Below are positions 12,716-24,345 of a DNA stretch of 64,000 nt, piece by piece. A model generated the notes under the pieces. The model made no database searches. It worked only from the letters and a program-made list of their open reading frames with translations, and had not been told where the DNA came from. The position numbers and the translations under genes were made by a program. The stretch lies in the NCBI RefSeq assembly GCF_009914755.1, contig NC_060938.1; one strand, 5' to 3'. The DNA comes from the human T2T-CHM13v2.0 reference genome, Homo sapiens. Within the stretch, counting starts at the first letter, position 1; every line of letters starts with the position of its first letter.

Positions 12716-13056
12716 GAGTGCACATAACAAAACTTAATATTTTGTTGGACAACATCCCATTTCAATCAAGATGACCAATCAACGTCTAATAGCAGCTCTT
12801 TTCACTCTGAAAATGATGCTGCCTTTGGACCCCTATTCAAATAAAATCAACTGTGTCTCTAAAGTAGTTCTTTTCACATGAAATTTCAGTGACACCTAGC
12901 CTTTAGTTTTTTGTTAACGATGTATGAGAAACAAATCTTTCTCTAATGAAACATTTCAGAAATTAAAATTATAAGCCTTCATGAATGCTTTATATTGTCT
13001 ATTATTCACTTAAACCACATTTAAATATTTATTTATTTTTCCATATTCTTTATATA

Positions 13057-13436
13057 TGTATTGCGATAGTCAGCTCAAGTCGCCATAACAAATACCATAG
13101 ACTGGGTGGCTTAAACCACAGATTTCTTTTTCCACAATTCTGGAGGCTGGGAAAAATAAGCTCAAGGTGCCTGATGATTCTGTTCCTGGTGAGGGCTGTT
13201 TCCTGGCTTGCAATCCACCTCTTGTTTCCTGTGTCCTCACAAGGCAGAGAGAAAGAGATCTCCTTTTCTTCCTCTTTTATAAATAAGGCTACCAGTCATA
13301 TGGAATTAGGGTCCCAATCTCATGAGCTTATTTAACCTTAACTACCTCCTAAAAAAATTGTCTCTGAATGCAGTCACATTGGAGGTTAGGGATTCAACAT
13401 ATAAATTTTAGAGAGACACAGTTCAGTCCATAGCAC
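13057..13436 (-). mobile_element. MLT1A-type solo LTR
   Basis: GCCATAACAAATACCATAGACTGGGTGGCTTAAAC...TTCAGTCCATAGCA. Confidence 0.82.
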
Positions 13437-13853
13437 CTGTTAAAAACTGATTAAATAGCTTCAATATTACAGTAGAGCCAATTTACTTTCTGGTAATATT
13501 TACATAAATGAGAAACTAGTAATTCATTTGCTGTTGCTTATGTGGTCATTTTTCTGTCAATTCCCACTATAAGAACTGAGAAATCATGATTCTTAGTATA
13601 ATGAAAATATTAAAATGAAAATGAAATAGAATAAGCAATGTATACTATATTAAAAGAAGAACAGGAAGTGGAAAACACACAAACAAAAATGAATAAAAAT
13701 ATAAAGGAAAGAATAATCAATAGATAGAATTAATGGCTTCTTTGATGAATTTTTTTTCAAAACCAACAGAGAATGGTTACAGCAAGTGAATGGAAAAAGA
13801 TCAAAGAAATTTAAAAAAATAGTGGTGAAGAAATGTTTACAAAACAAGGCTGT

Positions 13854-14212
13854 AGCCAGGCACAGTGGCTCATGTCTGTAATCCCAACATTGTTGGAGGC
13901 CATGGTGGGAGAATTGTTTGAGGCCAAGAGTTCAAGATTAGACTAGGCAACATGGTGAAAATTCTTCTTTCACACACACACACACACACGCACACACACA
14001 CCAAAAAAAAAAAAAAAAATTAGCTTCCTGGCTGGTTGTAGTGTCCTCTGCTGGTAGCCCTATCTGCCTAGGAGGCTGGGACAGGGAGTGGGAGGATCCT
14101 TTGAACCCAGGAGTTTGAGGCTGCCATGAGCTATGGTTGTGCCATTGCACTCCAGCCTGGACCACAGAGAGAAACTCTGTTTCAAAACAAACAAACAAAC
14201 AAACAAACAATA
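13854..14212 (+). mobile_element. AluJ with (CA)n/poly-A linker and (AAAC)n tail
   Basis: AluJ-type GAGGCCAAGAGTTCAAG and GAGTTTGAGGCTGC. The middle A-rich region has expanded into (CA)n. Confidence 0.9.
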
Positions 14213-14575
14213 AATGGCTGTGAATGGGGATTCACTGTTAGCATCAGGTAAGGTTAGAATAAAAGTTAAAGCAAATCAAGTGTGAATTCAGAAAATGACC
14301 GTCAAGTGCATTATAAATATTAGAATGTGGTAAATTAAATTAAATAATCACATCCATTGTATCAAGTAACTTCATCTACTATTCTCATACTGTGTTACAA
14401 ACTATAAAATAAAGTATAGAAAATAAGCCATGGTTATTATTTTTATTTTATTTCATTTATTTTTATTTTTAGCATTGCTATATTTTCAGGGTAGATTAAC
14501 TGGTGTTAAAAACAACAACAAAGCCCCTCAAAATCTTAGTGGCTCAAGAATATAAGGGTTTATTTCTCCCTCATT

Positions 14576-15014
14576 TCTTTCTTTTTTTTAATCATTATTA
14601 TACTTTAAGTTCTAGGGTACATGCATACAACATGCAGGTTTGTTACATAGGTATACCTGTGTCATGTTGGTTTGCTGCACCCATCAACTCGTCATTTACA
14701 TTAGGTATTTCTCCTAATGCTATCACTCCCACTGCCCCCCACCTCCCGACAGGCCCCAGTTGTGATGTTCCCCGCCCTGTGTCCAAGTGTTCTCATTGTT
14801 CAATTCCCATCTATGAGTGAGAACACATGGTGTTTGGTTTTCTGTCCTTGTGACAGTTTGCTGAGAATGATGGTTTCCAGCTTCATCCATGTCCCTGTAA
14901 TGGACATGAACTCATCCTTTTTAATGGCTGCATAGTATTCCATGGTGTATATGTGCCACATTTTCTTAATCCAGTCTATCATTGATGGACATTTGGGTTG
15001 GTTCCAAGTCTTTG
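14576..15014 (-). mobile_element. 3' end of a younger L1PA (L1PA5/6-like)
   Basis: T-rich tail, then TTATACTTTAAGTTCTAGGGTACATG... Younger-type diagnostics TTCTTAATCC and GATGGACATTTGG. Confidence 0.9.
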
Positions 15015-15541
15015 TTACAGGCCACAGTAACCATCTGATCTTTGACAAAGCTGATAAAAACAAGAAATGGGGAAAGGATTCCCCATTTAATAAATGGTGC
15101 TGGGAAAACTGGCTAGCCATATGTAGAAAGCTGAAACTGGACCCCTTCCTTACAACTTACACAAAAATTAATTCAAGATGGATTAAAGACTTAAATGTTA
15201 GACCAAAACCCATAAAAACCGTAGGAGAAAACCTAGGGAATACCATTCAGGACATAGGCATGGACGAGGAGTTCATGACTAAAACACCAAAAGCAATGGC
15301 AACAAAAGTCAAAATAGACAAACGGGATCTAATTAAACTAAAGAGCTTCTGCACGGCAAAAGAAACTACCATCAGAGTGAACAGACAACCTACAGAATGG
15401 GAGAAAATTTTTGCAATCTACCCATCTGACAAAGGGCTAGTATCCAGAATCTACAAAGAACTTAAACAAATTTACAAGAAAAAAGCAAACAACCCCATCA
15501 AAAAGTGGACGAAGCATATGAACAGACACTACTCAAAAGAA
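15015..15541 (+). mobile_element. Inverted L1 ORF2 segment (twin-priming-like)
   Basis: Sense ORF2 peptide NHLIFDK...[17 protein letters not shown]...MNRHYSK within ORF 14942..15616, flanked on both sides by antisense L1. Confidence 0.92.
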
Positions 15542-18500
15542 CTCATCCTTTGTTATGGCTGCATAGTATTCCATGGTGTATATGTGCCACATTTTCTTTA
15601 TCCAGTCTATCATTGATGGGCATTTAAGTTGGTTCCAAGTCTTTGCTATCATGAATGGTGCTGCAATAAACATACATGTGCATGTGTCTTTATAGTAGAA
15701 TGATTTACAATCCTTTGGGTATATACCCAGTAATGGGATTGCTGGGTCAAATGGTATTTCTGGTTCTAGATCCTTGAGGAATAGCCCTACTGTCTTCCAC
15801 AATGGTTGAACTAATTTACACTCCCACCAACATGTAAAAGTGTTCCTATTTCTCCACATCCTCTCCAGCATCTGTTGTTTCCTGACTTTTTAATGATCAC
15901 CATTCTAACTGGCACGAGATGGTATCTCATTGTGGTTTTGATTTGCATTTCTCTAATGACCAGTGATGATGAGCTTTTTTTAATATGTTTACTGCCCGTA
16001 TAAATGTCTTCTTTTGAGAAGTGTCTGTTCATATTCTTCTCCCACTTTTTGAAGGCGTTGTTTTTTTCTTGTAAATTTGTTTAAGTTCCTTGTAGATTCT
16101 GGATGCTAGCCCTTTGTCAGATGGATTGACTGCAAAATTTGCTCCCATTCTGTAAGGTTACCTGTTCACTCTGATGATAGTTTCTTTTGCTATGCAGAAT
16201 CTCTTTAGTTTAATTAGATTCCATTTGTCAATTGTGGCTTTTGTTGCCATTGCTTTTGGTGTTTTAGTCATAAAGTCTTTGTCCATGCCTGTGTCCTGAA
16301 TGGTATTGCCTAGGTTTTCTTTTAGGGTGTTTATGATTTTAGGTCTTACATTTAAGTCTTTAATCAATCTTCAGTTAATTTTTTATGAGGTGTAAGGAAA
16401 GGGTCCAGTTTCAGTTTTCTATATATGGCTAGCCAGTTTACCCAACACCATTTATTCAATAGGTGATCCTTTCCCCATTTCTTGTTTTTGTCAGGTTTGT
16501 CAAAGATCAGATGGTTGTAGATGTGTGGCATTCTTTCTCAGGCCTCCGTTCTGTTCCATTGGTCTATGCATATGTTTTAGTACCAGTACCATGCTGTTTT
16601 GGTCACTATATCTTTGTAGTATAGTTTGAAGTCAGGTAGCATGATGCCTCCAGCTTTGCTTTTTTTTTTTTTTTTTTTTTTTTTTGCTTAGTATTGTCTT
16701 GGCTATACAGGCTCTTTTTTGGTTCCATATGAAATTTAGTTTTTTCTAATTCTGTGAAGAAAGTCAATGGTAGCTTGATGGGTATAGCATTAAATCTGTA
16801 AATTACTTTGGGCAGTATGGCCATTTTCACGATATTGATTCTTCCTATCCATGAGCATAGAATGTTTTTCCATTTGTTTGTGTCCTGTCTTATTTCCTTG
16901 AGCAGTGGATTGTAGTTCCCCTTGAAGAGGTCCTTCACATCCTAAGTTGTATTCCTAGGTATTTTTTTCTCTTAGTAGCAATTGTGAATGGGAGTTCACT
17001 CATGATTTAGCTCTCTGTTTGTCTATTATTGGTGTATAGAAATGCTCGTGATTTTTGCACATCGATTTTGTATCCTGAGACTTTGCTGAAGTTGCTTATC
17101 AGCTTAAGGAGATTTTGGGCTGAGACAATGGGGTTTTCTAAATATACAATCATGTCATCTGCAGACAAAGACAATTTAACTTCATCTCTTCCTATTTGAA
17201 TACACTTTATTTATTTCTCTTGCCTGATTGCCCTGGCAAGAATTTCCAATACTATGTTGAGTAGGAGTGGTAAGAAAGGGCATCCTTGTCTTGTGCTGGT
17301 TTTCAAAGGGAATGCTTCCAGCTTTTGCCCATTCAGTATGATATTGGCTGTGGATTTGTCATAAATAGCTCTTACTATTTTGAGATATGTTCCATCAATA
17401 TCTAGTTTATTGAGAGTTTTTAGCATGAAGGGGTGTTGAATTTTATCAAAGACCTTTTCTGCATCTATTGAGATAATCATGTGGTTTTTGTTATTGGTTC
17501 TCTTTATGTGATGGATTACATTTATTGATTTGTGTATGTTGAACCAGCCTTGTGTCCCAGGGATGAAGCCAACTTGATCGTGGTGGATAAGCTTTTTGAT
17601 GTGCTGCTGGATCCAGTTTGCCAGTATTCTACTGAGGATTTTCACATCAATGTTCATCAGGGATATTGGCCTGAAATTTTCTTTTTTGTTGTTGTGTCTT
17701 TGCCTGGTTTTGGTATCAGGATCATGCTGGCCTCATAAAATGAGTTATGGAGTAGTCTTTCTTTTTCTATTGTTTGGAATAGTTTCAGAAGGAATGGTGC
17801 CAGCTCCTCTTCGTACCTCTGGTAGAATTTGGCTGTGAATCTATCTGGTCCTGGGCTTTTTTTGGCTGGTAGGATATTAATTACTGCCTCAATTTCAGAA
17901 CTTGTTATTGGTCTATTCAGGGATTCGAATTCTTTTTGGTTTAGTCTTGGGAGGGTGTATGTGTCCAGGAATTTATCCATTTCTTCTAGATTTTCCAGTT
18001 CATTTGTGTAGTTGTGTTTATAGTATTCTCTGATGGTAGTTTGTATTTCTGTGGCATCAGTGGTGATATCCCTTTCATCATTTTTTACTGTTTCTGTTTG
18101 ATTCTTCTCTTTTCTTCTTTATTACTCTGGCTAGTGGTCTATCTATTTTGTTAATCTTTTAAAAACACTAGGTCCTGGATTCATTAATTTTTGAAAGGTT
18201 TTTCCTGTCTCTACCTCCTTCATTTCTGCTCTGATCTTGGTTATTTCTTGTCTTCTGCTAGCTTTTGAATTTATTTGCTCTTGCTTCTCTAGTTCTTTCA
18301 ATTGTGATGTTAGGATGTCAGTTTGAGATCTTTCCTGCTTTCTCCTGTGGGCATTTAGGGCTATAAAGTTCCCTCTAAACACTGCTTTAAATGTGTCCCA
18401 GAGATTCTGGTATGTTGTGTCTTTGTTCTCATTGGTTTCAAAGAACTTATTTATTTCTGCCTTCATTTCATTATGTACCCAGCAGTCATTCAGGAGCAGG

Positions 18501-19265
18501 TTGTTCAGTTTCCATGTAATTGTGCACTTTTGAGTGAGTTTCTTAATCCTGAGTTCTGATTTGATTGCACTGTGGTCTGAGAGACAGATTGTTGTGATTT
18601 CTGTTCTTTTACATTTGCTGAGGAGTATTTTACTTCCAATTATGTGGTCCGTTTTAAAATAAGTGCAATGTGGTGCTGAGAAGAATGTATATTCTGTTGA
18701 TTTGGGGTGGAGAGTTCTGTAGATGTCTATTAGGTCTGCTTGGTCCAGAGTTGAGTTCAAGCCTGAATATCCTTATTAAATTTCTGTCTCACTGATCTGC
18801 CTAATATTGACAGTGGGGTGTTAAAGTCTCCCACTATTATTGTGTGGGAGTCTAAGTCTCTTTGTAGGTCTCTAAGAACATGTTTTATGAATTCGGGTGC
18901 TCCTGTATTGGTGCATGTTTATTTAGGATAGTTAGCTTTTCTTGTTGCATTGATCCCTTTACCATTATGTAATGCTTCTCATTGTCTTCTCTGATCTTTG
19001 TTGGTTTAAAGTCTGTTTTATCAGAGACTAGGATTGCAACCCCTGCTTTTTTTTTTTTTGGCTTTCTGTTTGGTTGGTAAATATTCCTCCATCCCTTTAT
19101 TTTGAGCCTATGTTTGTCTTTCCTCTTGAGATAGGTCTCCTGAATACAGCACACCAATAGGTCTTGACTCTTTATCCAATTTGTCAGTCTGCATCTGTTA
19201 ATTGGGGATTTTAGCCCCTTTACATTTAAGGTTAATATTGTCATGCTTGAATTTGATCCTGTCAT
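15542..19265 (-). pseudogene. Disrupted L1 ORF2p (APE endonuclease, reverse transcriptase, C-terminal domain)
   Basis: ORF pieces MTGSNSSMTILTLNVKGL (endonuclease), [43 protein letters not shown] (RT) and HLVPVRM...[10 protein letters not shown], separated by frameshifts and stops. Confidence 0.92.
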
Positions 19266-19328
19266 TATGATGCTAGCTGGTTATTTTGCCTGTTAGTTGA
19301 CACAGTTTCTTCATAGTGTCAATGGTCT

Positions 19329-19755
19329 TTACAATTTGGTATGATTTGCAGTGGCTGGTACCAGTGTTTCCTTTCCATATTTAGTGCTTCCTTCCAGAGC
19401 TCTTGTAAGGCAGTCCTGGTGGTGACAAAATCTCTCAGCATTTGCTTGTCTGTAAAGGATTTTATGTCTCTTTTGCTTATGAAGGTTAGTTTGGCTGGAT
19501 ATGAAATTCTGGGTCAAAAATTCTTTTCTTTAAGAATGTTGAATATTGTCCCCCACTGTCTTCTGGCTTGTAGGGTTTCTGCAGAGACATCTGCTATTAG
19601 TCTGATGAGGTTCCCTTTGTGGGTAACCTGACCTTTCTTTCTGGCTGCCCTTAACATTGTTTCCTTCATTTCAACCTTGGTGAATCTAACGATTATGTGT
19701 CTTGGGGTTGCTCTTTTCGAAGAGTATCTTTGTGGTGTTCTGTTATTTCCAGAAT
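19329..19755 (-). pseudogene. L1 ORF1p C-terminal part, disrupted
   Basis: ORF 19514..19777 encodes ...KETMLRAARKKGQVTHKGNLIRLIADVSAETLQARRQWG. Confidence 0.88.
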
Positions 19756-20589
19756 GCCCTTTGTTATTACGAAGCACTCAATTTTTTCATTAAAGGAATT
19801 AATGAAACCCAAGCAAAAATAATATATAAAGAGATTTAAAAAACTGATTAAAACTAAAAATGTATAGCTACTACCAGAGGTAATAAAATAATCATTTAAA
19901 TCTAAGCATATAATTGAAATCCATAAAAAGTAAGCCAATATTTTTTAAAAACTTGAAAAGCAAACAAAAACCCTTGTTAAATTTTAAGCTAGAGAATTTT
20001 TAAGAATATAGAACAGAAAATAAAGTTCCATGACAAAAATAAAATTGATATATTTTAATTATGAAATAAACTCCAGTAATTCACTATAATTGCATTTTAT
20101 ACTATTTAATATATTTGCATGGTGTAAACATGTATTTGTATTTTTGCTATATTAAAGATTAGCTGGAGCCTGAAATGACTGAATATTGAAACATTCAATC
20201 ATTTTAGTTTCACTATCTCATCCTTCAGTATTTGGGAAATGTAATTATTCATTAAACTTATGTTTTCATTTATAATAAAAAGCAAATGAACTTACTACTT
20301 TCGTTTAATTAGATTCTTAGGATTTCTCAATAGTCTATTTTTCCCTGAAAGCCAGATGACATATTTTGAAATTTGATGTTATTATAATTTGAACTAGGAA
20401 ATGAGTAGAAAATGATCTTCCACTATCTAGGGAAAAACCTCCTATTATTAGAGGGATAACTCATGTAAAATATGGTGAGGGTTTTTCTCCTTTATCAATT
20501 AAGAAAGGATGATTTTTACAAGATCCCATCAACAATAAAGTACTATCATGTAAAGAACGAAAGCAATTGTGCAGAGGATTTCTATTATC

Positions 20590-21080
20590 CTGTGTATTGG
20601 CCAAGGTTCAAGCAAGAACCAGGCACTTTCAACAAAGAAAAATTAGATGAAGATTTAATAAAAGAGCTATGGTACCAAGACATAGACACAGCATAGGGAA
20701 ACTGCTAGGGATAGTTCCACATCGTTGTATTTATAATGGTGGAACTGTAACAACCTGAGTGTGGAAGGAATGAGAAGTGGGGGTGGTTCCTGAAAAGCAA
20801 TGCAGAATTATATACAAAGGAACACCCTGAGAGAATCAGTGACCTTCAATCAAGGCACACAATTATACTATGGCTGCTCCTCAGGAAGGGAGCCAAAGAA
20901 ACACATACCCTTACCTCACTTTCCTCCTGCTGCTGGATCTCCTGCCAAGTCCCATAGTTAGCTGAGGTCTGTCCTAAGCCAGAGCCCTTGACGCAATCCA
21001 AGCAGGTCAGTCTCTTGAGATACGGAGTTGAGGGGAGACGAGCAGATAACAGATGTGGAAGCAAATAGTAGCTATATGGC
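20590..21080 (-). mobile_element. LTR41/LTR33-group ERVL solo LTR
   Basis: ATTTAATAAAAGAGCTA...GGGAGCC...ACCTCACTTTCCTCCTGC...GATCTCCTGCCA...AAGCCAGAG...AGGTCAG motifs. Confidence 0.6.
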
Positions 21081-21843
21081 AGAATGTGTCTTTCCATCTT
21101 TAGAAAATATCTATGAAATAAATATAGGGTTTTTTTAAGTTAACTTTTTATTTGGCTTAGTAAGTAAATTAGTTCAGTTGTAGTTGACGGAGGCTTAAGA
21201 TCAAACACTTGTAAATTTGTATGTGAAAATGATATTATTTGTATGTGAAAATTGTATTTACTAGTTAAATTCTAGAGCTTGAAGTCCAAGAAAGTTCTGT
21301 ACTAGGTTAGACTTGTATTTATTGAGTGATTCAGTATTCTTTTCTCTTTTAAGGACATAAAGTTTAATTTTCCATGGATCTACAGAATATAATGAATAAA
21401 TGGAAGCCTCCTGATATTAGTATTTAATGATCTCCTCAATTTAAAATCAGGTTATCATTTTCTGCCACAGCATCTTATGGGTGAAACATTAAAACATTTT
21501 TATATTCTTTCTGAGTATTTACTTTAGATCTTTTGTTCCTGGAAACTGGATAAAAATAAGAGGTTAACTATGTTATTACACTATAGAGTTACTGTAAAAA
21601 TGGCCCAAATGTGGGAGTCTGCATCTGCCTAGGAAAAATAAAAATGCTGGGTAGAACATATTTTTGGGCTTCCCTGAATCTGGTGATTTTTGTCACTGGT
21701 ATGTCCTGTTCAGGGATATGGAAACTGTCTATGGAATTTTCACAAGAGACATTCACTCCTGAGGATCATAAGACTTCATACTATTTCTGTGCCCCACCTG
21801 AAAAATTTTATTTCATTGCTTCTGAGACCATCACTTGAAGGGG

Positions 21844-22222
21844 TGATATGGTTAGGTTCTGGGTCTCCACCCAAATCTCATCTTGAATTGTAATCCCCAG
21901 GTGTTGAGAGAGAGGCCTGGTGGGAAGTGATTGAATCCCGGTGGTGGTTTCCCCCATTCTGTTCTCGTGATAGTCAGTGAGTTCCCACAAGACCTGATGG
22001 TTTTATAAGGCAGTTTCCCCTGCTCTGTGTTACACTCTTCTCTCTCTCCTGCAGGCATGTGAAAAGATCCAAGTTTGCTTCCCCTTCACCTTCTGCCATG
22101 ATTGTAAGTTTCCTGAGGCCTCCCCAGACATGTGGAACTGTGAGTCAACTAAACCTCTTTTATTTATAAATTATCCAGTCTCAGGGAAATTCTTTATAGC
22201 AGTGTGAGAATGGACTAATATA
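21844..22222 (+). mobile_element. THE1D/MSTA-type MaLR solo LTR with 5 bp TSD
   Basis: TGATATGGTT...CACCCAAATCTCATCTTGAATTGTAATCCCC...GGACTAATATA. TSD AGGGG at 21839-21843 and 22223-22227. Confidence 0.92.
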
Positions 22223-22474
22223 AGGGGCAAAGAGAATCATTCCTGGACAGCTCTGTAGACTGCTGCAAGAACTATTCCAGTTGAAGACAAATGTGTGACT
22301 CTGCCCTGCTGGTGAGCTTTGTTTTCTCTCCTATATTCATCCAATGAATCTGATGTCTAGGTTGACCTTAGCAAAGATATTTAACAATGTATCACCATCC
22401 AAGGAATGTTATAAGAGGGGGAGGGGGAGAAATTCAAATGTTCTGTTTTTTTCCATTATCTAGGTTAGAGTAAG

Positions 22475-22900
22475 TGTACTTTTTAAATTGATTAGGAATT
22501 ACATTCATGGTGATCAGAAAATAGGGGTTTAAACATATTACAGGTTGATTTTTCTTCAAAGTTAAAAAAGATGGAGTTAGAAATCTACTATTGTAGCTCT
22601 TCTAAGAAATTATCAGCGAGATATAGTCTCTTGCTATCTTCCTGCTCTGCCATATTCAGTGTATAGACTCCCTTTTTAAGTTGTCTCTTGATTCTATGGA
22701 GATTCCAAAATTGCATGTACTTTATGCAGGCGAAAGAGAAGGGCAGTGGAAGAGACAAAAGCCCGATGAACCTGCCACTTTCCCTTTGCTTTTGAGGAAC
22801 ATTTCAGAAACTATGTTCAACAAATACTACTGAATTTGTATTGAATTGGCCAAGACAATAATTGAAACCAGAAATAAAGTTTTTCATTGGGAAATGGTTT
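22475..22900 (-). mobile_element. old MLT1(K/L)-like LTR
   Basis: CTATCTTCCTGCTCTGCCAT and related degenerate motifs. Confidence 0.4.
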
Positions 22901-23803
22901 CTACTAACAAATTTAGTATGTCCACATTAAAAAAGGTGAGAGATTATATCACCTTCTCTAGATTGCTACTTTTCTTTACTAGTTAAATTTTTGTATATGT
23001 TTTGATGCTAATTGAAAAGGAAAGATACAATATCACAATAATTGACTGACTTTCACCTCAATCTCTCTTCTAAACCTTCTCTGTATTTTTAGTAGTAGTA
23101 TAGCACCAGCACTTCATTAGCATGTCCTTTTGCTCTTGATATTTTACAAAATATATTAATAAGAGTTTTTTTAAATGACATTCTATAGGCTCCACAGAGT
23201 ATTCCACCAAAAAAGTATCAAATCGGCACACCTAAAACTGTATGTCTGTATGTGGTGCAGTGATTTAAAGAGAGAGGTTTAGTGAGAGTAGAATGTATCA
23301 GACATTGCCCAATGAACAGCTCAGACTGGACCTGAATATTGTGGCCTAGGCAGGAATATATAGCATAAGAAGAGGCTGTTTAAACTATAGAGTATCTGAC
23401 ACAAAAGTTCTGAGTGGATTAGAGCCTTATTTTTCAAATTTTCATATGTTTTCCTGTGATGTTTCTTACTCAGTGAAGATGTTGAGGCTAGACTAATATC
23501 ACTCCTAGATGACTTAAGTGTTACATTGATGTCAAAATTATTCATTTCATACCTTCATGATTGCTCATTTTAAGGTTATCTTTACAGATGATTAAATATA
23601 TTATATTTCAAAATGTTTCCAGTCAAATCTAATATGGATTTTAGCATTTTTACATTTGATTTCACCTAAGTTTTGCTGTAAGTTGATGTGATTTCTAAGG
23701 CAAAACAATGTGTTTAGAATAAATAATAAACATTTTCTAACCTACAGTTTATTAAAGTTCAGTAAACAAATTTGTGATTTAAAAATTTTTCCTCATATTA
23801 CTT

Positions 23804-24157
23804 TGCAATGGACTGAATGCTCATGTCCCCCCAAATTTATCTGTTGAAATCCTAACCCCCAGTGTGAGGGTATTAGGAGGTGGGATCTTTGGGAGATAAT
23901 TAGGTTATGAAAGTGGAGCCCTCATGAATGGGTTTAGATTCCTTATAAAAGAGATCTCAAGGAGCTCTCTTGCTCTCGTTCTCTGATGTGAAGATACAAG
24001 GAGAAGATTGAACTCTTTAACTTCAAAGGGGGCCCTTAATAGAACACAATCATTCTGGATCCTGATCTCAGACTTTCAGCATGTGTAACTGTTAAAAATA
24101 AATTTTCTTATTTATAAGCCACCCAGTCTGTGGTGTTGTTATAGCAGCCCTAAGACG
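23804..24157 (+). mobile_element. MLT1A-type solo LTR
   Basis: TGCAATGGACTGAATG...GTTGAAATCCTAACCCCCAGTGTG...GTTATAGCAGCCCTAAGAC. Confidence 0.85.
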
Positions 24158-24244
24158 TACATGCTTTTAAAACTTATTTAATTAAAAACATTCTACTAGA
24201 GAAATAATATTCTAGTTCTGACTACATTTGATCTTGACATGTAT

Positions 24245-24345
24245 CAACCAATATTTATTTAACATTTCATGTATATCAAGTGTTATGTTAGTTATGGGCA
24301 AAAACTGAAAACAAAACAGAGTCCTCCACTCTAGGCACTCTTGGC
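24245..24345 (-). mobile_element. L2 3' fragment
   Basis: TCAACCAATATTTATTTAACAT...AACAAAACAGAGTCCTCCACTCTAGG. Confidence 0.5.

Larger units (their letters stand above)
15542..19755 (-). mobile_element. Older L1PA (L1PA7-like), 5'-truncated in ORF1 and lacking its own 3'UTR
   Basis: Continuous antisense L1 from ORF1 (TPQRYSSKRATPRHIIVRF) through ORF2. Older-type diagnostics TTCTTTATCC, GATGGGCATTT and GATAGTTTC. Confidence 0.93.

Noticed and set aside
15542-19755. Possible active L1 or domesticated RT gene
   Set aside because: No 5'UTR, truncated ORF1, and ORF2 broken by many stops and frameshifts.
21600-21835. Possible additional LTR fragment flanking the THE1D/MSTA element
   Set aside because: The similarity is too weak to assign a family without a search.
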